A stretch of 33,313 nt of DNA, taken from assembly GCA_000934665.2 (NCBI GenBank), contig JYFJ02004289.1, positions 1-33,313 of the forward strand, in the 5' to 3' direction. Position numbers and translations under genes: made by a program. The notes beneath the pieces are model-generated. The model did no database searches. It was not told where the DNA came from and was given only the letters and a program-made list of their open reading frames with translations. This stretch comes from Catajapyx aquilonaris. Lineage: Eukaryota. Shown in pieces: positions 21,901 to 33,313 of the stretch (within the stretch, counting starts at the first letter, position 1; the number at the start of each line of letters is the position of its first letter).

Positions 21901-24795
21901 ATAGCCGGTTTTTGGTGATTTTGGAATAATATTATAAGGGTTTGTGGATTACTCTCAGTAATTTGTGAGATTTTCTATGATTGTGTGTCATTTACTGTAT
22001 GATTGAATATTACTGGGGTAGATAGTATAGTTTATTGTAGCAAACTGATGGCCGCTTTTTAAATTTGTAGGCTCATTACAATATTATCTGTAAGAGACAA
22101 TTTCTTTTGGGAATCACACCAATTTACCTTTCCTTAAAGCTTCCAAGCGCAAATTCCTCTGCATACCCGTTACATTATCTAAAATATAGGCTTTCAATGG
22201 GTTCTATAAGGATATTTTCAACTCAAAGGGTTGGTTGCGAGATTGACATTAATACTGTCGTTAATCAAGAGTACGTGGGCGATCCTTGTTAGGGCCTCGG
22301 CGCTGGCATTCCATCACGTCTGTAAATCCGAGCGCAAAAATTCAGGAGTGTACACTGCTGGATTTCCCCTGACATAAATCTGAGCCGACTTTTGGGACAC
22401 ATGCATATTGTCCCCTATTGTCCTCTCGTATTGATCTCTGTACCCTCAAAATCACCCGATCCCTGATAACTGCGCTTACACAAGTTGATCAGGGATCCCT
22501 CTCCCCTACACCCAGCCTCCCGCCTGACACCTTTCGCATTTTGAAGTTTTTCTCGGGGTATGCTTCTGAAATGTCAAGGATCACGTCTGATTGTCCTACC
22601 CATCACAATAATGTATAAAGGGAACTTACATGCTGGCTTGCTTCGAAACCAAATTAAATGTACAGCATTGATGACACATTTATGTAGGTTTAATTCGGTA
22701 TTAAAAACTCGAATCCCGATAAGATGGGATTATGTAAACTAGTCTAGACGTGTTACTTAATGGGGCGATGACCGTTTTACGTGAGGGAAGCTCGCGAAAT
22801 TGCCTGGCCGTGCCCACCCTTTACTTCATTACTGTATACTGTACGTAAGCAATTCAGTAAAGGCCCTTGATTACGGGAAACGTCAACAGGTACGAACAAA
22901 TCCACGAGAATTAATGTGGCTAAGTCGGAGCAAAGAGATTAATATGAATGTTTTAGATTGTGAAATACTTCAGGTGAATATTGATGGCGTATGACTTGCA
23001 ACTATTGGAATGAGGTGGAGTGTAGGCGATTGTGTGGGGTTGTTGAGGATTTATCTTTTATGTCATTTTTCTTGAAAGAATACGCCAGGTTTTTACCATC
23101 AGGTCACGCACTTTGGTGATAGCCGCCATTCGAGATATTCTGGTTATAAGTCACCTTGTATAACCCTGTTACACTCCTATTCACATAAGTCTGAACCATT
23201 TTTGGATATCCATACGCCTGAAAGTAGTGCCCCCCCATGTCGCTGTCGGGGCCTATCGCTCCTCACAACAAAATGTGCAGTTTGTGTAGCGCTGCAGCTA
23301 CCGCGCGGGCTACCCATGATAATTAGGCATTCGAATGACACGTACCAGCACGGTTTCTTCGAGAAAGCCAGCGATACCGGGGACTAATTTTGCGGCGGCT
23401 CACCCCCCGGTCGTATGTATATCCAAAAAGGTCCACTCTTATGTGAATCGGAGAGTAATTAATAAGCTGCGGAAGTTACCCGAGATATTAACTAGTCTCT
23501 CACTTTTTGAGAAGCCTGACTGACACTGGTTAGCAAAAATTAATGAACGGTGCTGTTACTGAAACTTTGCATTTCTCNCCCCCCCCCCCACAAGGTCACA
23601 CTTTTAAATATTGCAATAATGTGTCATTTTGTACGTTAAGTGTCACCTCTTCATCGCTGACGCGCTCTTTAGGGAAATGTGGAAGATTGATATTGAAGTT
23701 GTGCATAACCCTGTCACTTCACAGTAATTACTGCAATTACAATCAACATTATTTGTACAACTAACCCGCGCCTCCTCTTTCCAGCCTGACTTAATAGGAT
23801 AATCATGTTCATACCAGGGCAATTTTCCAAGGTCCAGTGTTGCCACTTGTTGAGAAGTACCATACAGTAGATTGTAGATTGATGAAGCGTATGATGCAGT
23901 GGGCGGGGTTGGGGACTGGGGACATCGGGCAGGGAAAGAGTGAGGCAGAGGGAAGCGGTGAATAATTTCGTTCGTCCTTTTACATCATGCCCTGGCTTAG
24001 GTTGGAAAGACAGGCAGTGGCTTTCACAAGCCATCGACTCCGACAAGGAAGCTTATCCTCCGCTCTTTGAACAAAGGAGTATTGATGTATGGACACTATG
24101 TATGTATAGCTAGGCGGAAGATCGAACTCGTCAAGGGTGATGGCTATACTCATTAATAATGATAATATGATTCTTCTGCAATAATAGCTTGGCAACTGAA
24201 ACCAAACAAAACTGTCATTTAAGTAGAATTAAATTACACGGGGCTTGTACTAATGTGTCTATTAATAACGTGTAATTACTACGTAAATGAGACACAATCC
24301 TGATAGAAGATGAGGAGGAAGATGTTGTAAATGGACTTTTTTAGAGTCGGTAAATTCTCTCGCATGTTAATTTATCTGGATATGACATCAGGAGGGGTTA
24401 ATGCATGTTTTATATAGTTCATAACTTCAAAATGATATGTCAATTTATGGACAAAATAAAGTGGAATTTGATGTTCATGATAATGTACTGTGGCACTGTT
24501 GACATTAGCGGTTAAGGGGAGCCGCAGAATAATTTATTTATACCGAAGATGTTACACTGTACCCATGCAGTATCTGGTAAATGAAAGCTGGTTCTCTTTC
24601 AAAAGGGTGGCAATCCGCAATATACAGTAAATACTTCGGGTTTATAAGTGTAAACCTATATTATACTGAATGTTGCAGAAGATTATGAGATTATTTCAGT
24701 AGCCTATCTAATGGATGAAAAATGTTACACGTCATTATAAAAGGGGAACTGGAAAAATGAGAAACATTTCTAGAGCTCATAATACATTCATGCAA

Positions 24796-24844
<49 letters not shown>

Positions 24845-24864
24845 GTAGTAGTAATAATAATAAT
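24796..24864. repeat. (AAT)n microsatellite with AGT interruptions
   Basis: Directly visible tandem repeat. Confidence 0.95.
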
Positions 24865-24890
24865 TCACTGTATTTTGAAGATGTCATATT

Positions 24891-24942
24891 TATTTATTTA
24901 TTTATTCATTATTTTATCATACCCCGTGCTATAGAGCCTTAG
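24891..24942 (-). mobile_element. 52-bp retroposed LINE/SINE 3' tail with 16-bp TSD
   Basis: ttgaagatgtcatatt (24875-24890) and ttgaagatgtaatatt (24943-24958) flank it. The minus strand reads ctaaggctctatagcacggggtatgataaaataatgaa followed by (taaa)n. Confidence 0.78.
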
Positions 24943-25143
24943 TTGAAGATGTAATATTAGGCCTACGTGATTAAAGCAAACATTATAAATAAGCGTCCAT
25001 GCATGTAAATATCAACACATGCATATTAATTCCAACTACCGCCGGGATAGGTATGAAGTGGCACAAATGAGCTTTTTCCAACGATATTATTTATAACCAC
25101 AATGCTAATACATGTACTCTCAAGATTCTTTCCATGCTGAATC

Positions 25144-25209
<66 letters not shown>
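25144..25209. repeat. (TAT)n microsatellite
   Basis: Directly visible tandem repeat. Confidence 0.95.
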
Positions 25210-25210
<1 letters not shown>

Positions 25211-28200
25211 AGACAAGAGCCTCTTTTGTTCGACATGCATCTCAATTAACAGGGGTAAAGGTCGTGGAGCACGAGCCTGTGGTTAAGTAACCATCCAGGA
25301 TGAGGCACTGATGGAACCAAAATGTCAACTTTCTAGGTTTTTCCTTCCCTTCTCTCCCGCTTTTTCTCGCCCTGCAATAGTTCCTGTCAGAAGGCCAAGT
25401 GAAAAATGGGCGCCTGTGCCTGGAAGCCCGGTTCCCCTTTGTTCTATTCTACCCATTTCACTCCGCTATTATCACACTGGCCCCCTACAAAAATGATGGA
25501 CCGCTCCAAAAGAGGTAATGGCACGAAACGTAAAATGGATTACATCTGCAGTTTTTTCTTTATCCCCAAAGCTCCTCCCTCCTGCCCAAAACAGCACGAA
25601 GGCGGCTATTTGAAAATAGAAAAAAAGTGTAAGTTTTTTGACCTTAGACCTGGTCGTGAATAACATTTCTTCATCTGAACTTTTTCCTCTCCAAATGAGC
25701 GCTGACATGAATGAATACACCTTTTTTTTCCACCACAGGATGTAAAAGTTTTGCGGGTTATTAGAGGCGAGGTGTGCGAGCGGATGAATAATTAGGCGAG
25801 GTGTGGTAGGTATATATTTGCATGGGGAGTCCCAGGCAGCCGATGATCAGATGGAGCGAGCGATGCGTTAGGAATAAATAATTGAATAACACCTGTGCGT
25901 CGGTGGCGTGCATTTTCTGGCTTCGATATTGCTTAATAAGGCATGGGACCAAACCGCCAAGGATTCAAAACAACATGCTTGCATTAAATTAAAAGCCTGG
26001 AACCGCAAGCCGCGGTTCGACAATGAGCAAACATAGTGCGCTAATGGTTTCAGCGAGAGGAAATTGCCCATATAGTCATGCGGCCAAATAGTTATGGGCA
26101 TTACATTTACCGATTTTTATGGTATTGCAAACAGGAGAGCTTCCTTCTAGGAGTTTACAGTGGATTGTGTTCACATTGCGAGGGATTTTACAACTGCAGT
26201 GGAATAGAAAAGTTTACCTCCTTTTGATATGGTGGGGCAGTTACAGAGTAGTCTAGTTGGGAGTTTCAGCCTAGTTCCTTTGTTGTTAACGGCGTCACTA
26301 CCGCCATTTTGATGAACCTGCCGGATACACAAAAACTCGTCACTCGGGGGAAAGAGTGGGTATTTATCACTGCTTTTATATGAATGGCAAATGCGTTGTC
26401 AAATTTTATTAATAATTTCGTTGCTTATAACCAAGGATTTGGTGTGCATTTGGGGGCGAAAGTGTTCCGCAGTACTCGGTGCAAATTCAGCTGAAATGCA
26501 TTTTAGTAGGATACATATAGGCCGTTACAGTGAGAGAACGTAGACATTTTGGCGTCCCTTTGTTCGCATAATTCCTGTAATATAGGCCTACGCAAAGAGC
26601 TTATACTAGGAAGAGTGGAAAAAACGGTTTCCAAGCGTCGCTACTTTTTGGCCAGTTGTTTGGCCAACGTGTTTTGCTGTTAGCTCACTACGCGGCGCCA
26701 CGGTCGAGTGCTGTCGAGAAGAATTTCAATAAAATGTGTGTATTTAATATCAAGAGGCACATAATTAAGAGTTATAAATCTAAAAACTGACCAATATGAG
26801 GTCGTATGGGGTTAAGGAACTAATTTTGGACCCGAAACTGATATTCGACGCAGCTTGCCACCCTGCACCTAACAATCCAAATAATCACCTCGTTGCTTAG
26901 AAATCACGTTCGAATTTTGAAATGGAACCAGTTCCAAGGCCGGCATAGTGGGGCGTAGACGATCGGGGGTTGGGTGCCGAGTGCTACTACTGCTGTTCGC
27001 GCACGGGGTCTCGGATCGCATTATTTTTATTACCAAAGGACCCTCCACGGCTCTCGAGTTCACGGTATAGAAGAACAAGCCCGTCCCGCCACAAGATGGA
27101 CATAGCAGCGGGGGGTACATCTTCCTGTCATGACCATGTTCAGCATCATGACCAGTGTGTACAGTAGCCTACCGTGGTGTGTATTGTATAGCGCAGAGTG
27201 TGGGATTATTGTAGTGGCAATAAACTTCTGGCAAACAATTTGCTTTTCGTGATGGTATTCTATTCACAGGTCTTATACATCGTGTTTTGTCGTCAATTTT
27301 TACACCAACGAGAGTATACGAGTGCTTATAGCTTATTTCCAACCTCTGGGGCTTTTATTGCCATATTTCCGGCACTGCCTCGATCTACCGTATTGTACAA
27401 TACAGTATCGAGTTTCGCTGTCGACTCGCCAGGTGGCAGGTCAGTCGATTGGCGACACGGTTGCTATGCTACCAGCTGTTTTTTCCACTCTTCCTAGTAT
27501 AAGCTCTTTGGGCCTACGTATATAAGCTTGCTTAAATACATCAGCTTTTCCATGGGCGACTGGTTGACAAGTTCCAATAAGGTGGAGTTACAAGAATAAT
27601 GTGTTCACTCTGAAAACGTTTTCAGTTATAGGAAAATAATATATTATAAGATTAATGCAATGTACATTTAAGTTAAAATGCTTTTATTTTATTTTTCATT
27701 TTCAATAAAACATTGCGTGTCCTCGTACGTTCAGTCTTCGTCTAACAGGATTAATAAAACACGAGCAAATAAACCACACAAAGCGACCAGTCAGTGGGCC
27801 GTACAGATTCTGCCAAGCCCAATAGAAAGAGTAAAATAAAACAAAGTCACAAGATGATTCAAAACTTTTTTTTGCCAATTCTGAATGAAGAAGATGACTC
27901 GATAGAAAGAATCAGATATTTTTCTCAAAAACATTACGACAACCAGTGTTTAGAAGCCCTAGTACTGTATATAAGTAGGCATGCGTATGCATGTGCCTGT
28001 AGTATGTTCCTATAAAGTATATTATGCCTATCCCAACATTGAAGAGATAGACGTTATTCCCAGATTTCTTGAACACGTACAAAGTATCGGTAACGTTTTG
28101 TGCTTTCAACGTCTTCACTCGCATTACAATGTATAAATACAATAACAACAGACTTTAAACAGTAAAAACGTTGAAGTCATTGAGCCAGCGAGAGAGAGAG

Positions 28201-28218
28201 AGCATGGCTAGGCTACTC

Positions 28219-29069
28219 TGTGAACACGAAATATTTCCCCAGGCAGTTTTTCATTGTCTATTCCATTTTTGCCTCAGCCCTAGGGCTTCCTTCCTAACGA
28301 TAAATGGCTCCCCTGAGTGGTAGCAGCCACTTTGCGGACCAATTGGAAATATGGCCATGGAACCAAGCTGCATAGGATGCTCCAAGTCCAGGCGGTTTCT
28401 CCCCTATCACCCATCCATCCATCCATCGCTTGGTCAGGACCAGACAGAGAGATGGTGATGCTGGTGAGGGAGAAACGCGATCTGCGGCTTCCTATAAATA
28501 ACAGAATGCTAAGGGTGAAAAGGAATGGCTAAGGGTCGAAGAAATGGCCCTTTGGTGAGTGGTCCGTCTCCGTTTACAAAGGAGACTCTGCACTGTAGAG
28601 TGGAGGCATCGCATTGACACGATTTACAACTCCATTTGGCAACTTCGTGGGCTATTCACGGGGATCACGTCCTACACGTTCACGCTATACAGGTGTAAAT
28701 TCTGGACAAGTGTTTACTCCATCCTTTGTGGTGAGATGGTAGGAAAACAATGCGGGATCGAGACCTCTAGAAGTCGAGATATGAGGTGGAGTCGGTAATG
28801 GCCAAGATTGTCTAAGTAGATTGTGGTCATTGATGCTGCTTTATGTTTATTATACTTATATGTGCACACCATAAGCAAGCTGCTACAGTAGAAGTTATGT
28901 TCCGACTTGGGAGACAGGGCTTATTTGTCTTTCTGGTGGCCCTGCTTGACTACGGGACGTTATGTGAACATCTGACCTTTTCCAGGCATTGAATAAAGGT
29001 CGTGAGATGCCACGATTGCATTTGGGTTTGTTTTCGAGATAAGGACTTCATATGCCGACATTATTCACA
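28219..29069 (+). mobile_element. Possible solo LTR (~850 bp)
   Basis: tgtgaa...ttcaca 6-bp terminal IR, tataaata at 28493-28500, and AATAAA at 28992-28997 about 70 nt before the end. No convincing TSD. Confidence 0.4.
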
Positions 29070-30292
29070 TAATATGCCACCTCATCCGTGGTTAGCAATG
29101 TTTTTGGCACTCAGCTACATACTAGCAGTTGCAGTATTTTGAATCATCTACTTTACATGTTGTCAAATGTTCTCACACAATATGGAATTATGTCAAAAAG
29201 TTTTACCAAGATTGTACGAATTTTAGAGAATACCTTAATACCAAATATTTTTCAGCAAACATAAAAGCTCGACGCACATCGCCTTATGTAACACCAAACC
29301 TTGAACAGTCACTCTCGGATCCAAATCCCATTACGCAACTGACCGACAACCTCTTATGAGAGCTGACAGCGGTGACATTTATACAATCTATCGACAACTA
29401 TATAATTCACCATACCTATACAAACCACCGACATGTGGGGCTTGGACACATCCCTCGTTGCCTCGTCCAATCTGTCACTCTTCTCATACCCATGGAATGG
29501 GCTTATTCAACACGGTGCGCGACATGTGGTGACTATACATTCCCGAGGGCTGGACTGCTGGGAGGGGTGGGACAGGCGGGGAAGGGAATGAGTGTCCGTG
29601 TTGAAAAACACAGAGTAGAAATCGCGTGTGATTGCGGAAAGGGGACAGAGGTGGGGGCGGGATGAAGCCCTTGTTGATTCGGAAATGTTTGTAGCGGCTG
29701 GAAATGTGTTGACTCTAGGTAATTGGAGGGGGTTTAGACGACGATGATGAAATGGCTAACCCGTCGCTATGGTCATGTCAAACGGCACGTACTCAGTTGG
29801 ACCGAAGAATATTTTGTGTATTGTATACCAGTGACCAAATCCAGAAACATAAGCGTGGATTGTGAAATAGTAAATCAATGGACCTAAAATAGCAGCTAGG
29901 TTAATTTTAGGCCCCTTGCGATAGATTGCTTCTCATTTGGTGCTAAATGCATAATTTGAACTGCATCCGGCCATCGCTCGTCTCTTTGTCAGAATCGAGC
30001 CAGGGTCATGCCATTAATCAGGACTTGGTGCCTTTTGCTGACATGGAGTAATCCGATCCGCCAGTACCAAGGGGGCAAAAAACTAGATGATCAATACGAC
30101 CATAGAATCTCCCAGCAAAACTTGCAATAAAGGGGCTAAGAGCTGAGTAAGTTATTGGCAGAAAATGGTGAGGAAGAAAATATTTTGACTGACAAGTTCT
30201 GGTTGCAAGGTTGCATGTATGGGGAGCTTGTTACTCTAATCACATATGGGTATAGACCTTTTTGATTAAAAATGACAATATTCGTTGTGCTG

Positions 30293-30413
30293 TGTATGGA
30301 ATACGTGTATCCATAATAATTATGGATACACGTATTCTATACAATTTGTCAACAAAAAAGTATTTTGTCCGTATAATTATTATACGGACAAAATACTTTT
30401 TTGTTAACAAATT
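30293..30413. repeat. Two abutting near-perfect palindromes (51 bp and 71 bp)
   Basis: 30293-30343 is centred on 30318 and 30343-30413 on 30378. Each has a single mismatch and a 1-nt centre. Confidence 0.92.
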
Positions 30414-31511
30414 AATACGTTCATTAAAGGTACATCAACTGGAGTGATCAATCATTTCCATGGGAAACGTGGAAAGTAACTTCGTTGCGGAACAGATTTC
30501 TTGGCCTTCGGATTCCATTTCGGAAAGAGCAATTTGCCTGGGCTAGTTAAGTCCAAATGTGAGTCATTCAAGAGAATCGGCGGAATAATAAGTGGCAATA
30601 AGTGCACTGGGATAATCGATGAGTCTCCCGGCCAGCTCACGCCAGTCTTTTGCATTCGAGGAGGAGTATTAAAAAAGGAACCTATTTTTCCCATTAGTTA
30701 AGCGGGGATAATTATGTTTCTGTCGTTGACAGCCTGCGTCCGAAAGTTTGAAGGAGCTTCGCTGCTCTGCTCTTATGATGCTGTTGTCAAGACCACACTC
30801 ATTATAACTGGTAATTTTAGCTGAAGCAATGTATAACTACAGGTTATCGCTGGTAATACTTTGAGACTACAACATGGGTTGGTATTCAGTATATTGTGAT
30901 CATTCTAATTAAAATTAGGAAGGCTTTCACATACTGTACAGGACGCATATTGAGATAATTTGTGTGTAACTGAATTAAATCACTGCATGCGAAACCATCA
31001 AAATGGGAAATCAGTGCGTCACTTCTTGGTCACCAACTTAATGAATTAATGAGGCAGCGAAATGGGGGCACTACATGAGTAAGAGAACCTTTTGTTCGGT
31101 TCTTCCCCTCTCCTTTTCTCCCCTCCCTCCTGAAACTGCCTTCAGATAATCATATTCTTGTCCTAGTGGCTCCCCAAAAAAACCCTGCACATTCAGTATC
31201 AAATCTCTCCAACATTGCAATTATCAAAAAAAAAGGGTTGATCAAACTAGTTGGATGCTCGTAATTTAAAAACAGTGTTGTTCCATTATCGGGCTTGTTG
31301 CGAGCCCCGTTAGTAAACAATGGCATCCATCACACCGCAGTTAGTTATTCATGTGCAAGTATGCAGCAAGCGCCAAATTATCACGTACGTATGATCATAT
31401 TTTCTCTCACTAATTTAGCAACAAACATGGATCCAACTTATCGACTTTTTCATTTCGTTTTTTTGATTCACGTGTGGGGGTAAAGTGCTGAGTGTCCGGT
31501 GAGTCATCATC

Positions 31512-31647
31512 TGCTTCCGCATGCATGAGATGCGAACCCACCCTCTAAACATCCAGAGATCGATTCTTGCGAAGGAAAAGATCCGGTCGTTTTAGAGACT
31601 TAGGTTTAGACGGGTACGGGTTCTACATGCAAAAGATGCGAAATGCA
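31512..31647. repeat. Degenerate inverted repeat (old hairpin MITE)
   Basis: gaacccaccctctaaac (31534-31550) is inverted to gtttagacgggtacgggttc (31604-31623), with weaker pairing outward. Confidence 0.45.
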
Positions 31648-32845
31648 ACTATGTGAAGAAAGAAAAAAAACAGAAATCGATTCGTTTTATGACGATGGCA
31701 AAGCTGGATTAAAAGCAAGGGATGGGGATGACACATGGAGCATTCGCTCGACTCTGATGACCGCGGTGGATGGAGTCATCTGGCAACTTTGATCGACTTT
31801 GGTGGAGGCGCAGTGGGGACAGAACCTGAGGGGGGGGGGGGGGGGGGNGGGGGGGATAAAAACTAGTTATTGTTCTAAATGCTGGAACACACGTGACCTA
31901 AATATCAGGCTACTGCAATTTTCTGCACCTGTGGCCATGTCTTGATTACAGTTTTATGGTTCGTCTGCAACAGAGGGCTGCACAACTCATTTACTAATGT
32001 TGGATATGACGCGATTTAATCAACAAGGCGGATTCAGGGAGTTTAGCAGTTGAAACGAAGATACGATCTTTCTGACATAAAATTACCAGAAATCGTCACT
32101 TTCGATACGTCTGATTGCAACTTGCAGTATAATTATCTTATTATGATTACTGTATCATGACTTAGACCAAAAGTTAATAAATACTTGCTAACAAACTAAC
32201 AGCAACACAAACGTATTGTACGAAAAATTCACAGAAAAGTCTACGCAACATAATATTAGTATCTAATACTTTAGAAAACCTTCAAACGTAACTACACAAA
32301 AATAACTGCGTATTAAGCAGCTTAGTGCCAAAATTGATAACTAAACAACTGGAACACAAAATGTTAGTCTTTCTGCAAGATTTCATTTAACTCATTCGGT
32401 ATTTTAAGGAGCACTTGGTAATAACTTTCGGCAAGATGCAAACATGGAACAATCGGGGTCATATATGATCTGGGGATGACTAAAGTAAGCTGAATCCTCC
32501 CTGCAAATTCCTGCCATGTGGTAGGCGGTAGCCATTCATGCAGATGAATTTCCAAGGCAAACTACCATTCTAATCACTCAGAAAGGAGGCGACAGCTTTT
32601 AATTAACGCTCCTTTATTGCATAAAATTAAGCTCGAAACTATCTCAACTACAGTTCTGTAGGCTACAATTGCGACAGGTGTAACTGGCAGCCTTTCTCAA
32701 ATTCCGAACCTCCCTTCTTGCGCCTGCGTGTTATGCCGTGTTTGATACAAGGGTGAGGTTGCATAAGAAGTCAGGATGAAATGCGACCAATGATACCCAA
32801 ACCAAGCAGAATATCAACAAAAAGCTATAGACTAAATGCGGAAAT

Positions 32846-33003
32846 ACTTTCTTATCATGAGACCGAATGTGGGACTGGTAGGGGCACGCTGTACCAAACT
32901 ACCCCATGACCTAACTTTTCTTCCCGGCGGATCCACGCATATCTTTCAGCAGGTACAAGACTAGGAAAGTAGGTAAAAGTGCGGGGTCTCCCGATACGAA
33001 AGC
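32846..33003 (+). mobile_element. ~160-bp MITE, copy 2
   Basis: Shares gagaccgaatgtgg, cccatgacctaac and gaaagtaggtaaaagtgcg.ggtctcccgatacgaaagc with 21744-21900. Confidence 0.8.
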
Positions 33004-33220
33004 GTAGTCGACTAATTCTAGTTGTGCGCATGTACTCAGGGTCAAAGCATTCCACGTAAGAGATATACAAGTTATACTGTAATCCGCACAAGTCTAACTC
33101 TACATAATTAAATAGGGGCAGTCCGAGCTCATGCTAATTGCGCTTATACAGAAACAACTCCCTCTACACTTAGGGGAGGCGAAGTGGTTCTGCGGTAATG
33201 TATGCGCCCACGGATGTTAA

Positions 33221-33313
33221 AGGGACACTCCACTCAAAATGCAAGTTGGACTCTAAAAATCGGGCAAGAAATCCTGATTCCGAGTGTATAAGCAGTTTTT
33301 CTGAGAGACGAAC
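33221..33313 (+). mobile_element. Probable 5' end of a Kolobok-like element (runs off the window)
   Basis: TTAA (33217-33220) followed by AGGGACACTCCACTCAAAA, matching the TTAA-RR terminal pattern of Kolobok elements. The second end is not visible. Confidence 0.5.

Noticed and set aside
24715..24942. Poly-Asn protein ORF
   Set aside because: It is a translation of the (AAT)n microsatellite.
26560..27280. Another solo LTR (AATAAA near 27219, ...ttataca end)
   Set aside because: I could not define a matching 5' terminus, TATA box or TSD.
29129..29420. LINE C-terminal remnant
   Set aside because: Only a vague A/C-rich composition and weak peptide resemblance, with no diagnostic motif.

Overview
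This is repeat-dense eukaryotic (metazoan, probably arthropod) non-coding DNA. I can support no host exon, rRNA, functional tRNA or CRISPR array. The only intact long coding sequence is a 5'-truncated R1/LOA-like non-LTR retrotransposon ORF (RT + RNase H + CCHC; 3740-6145, minus). It sits inside an older TIR element (~2612-7621) that also hosts a 76-bp hairpin and a probable solo LTR. The window also holds two tRNA-derived SINEs (one full length with a 14-bp TSD), a decayed hAT transposase (20066-20890), many MITEs (hAT/Charlie, piggyBac-like, Kolobok-like, P-like with 8-bp TSDs), a 1.1-kb foldback element and two tiny LINE 3'-tail insertions with TSDs. Three observations stand out. (i) Most frameshifts in the dead transposase are short insertions at TA sites that end in TA, including a 33-bp stack; these resemble serial DNA-transposon excision footprints, and a parallel TTA-ending class occurs elsewhere. 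(ii) A modular cluster of almost fully palindromic CAYGG...CCRTG elements lies at 18296-19575, with one 8-bp target site present three times. (iii) The SINE 3' tail matches a free LINE 3' tail. All family assignments are by eye and need database confirmation.
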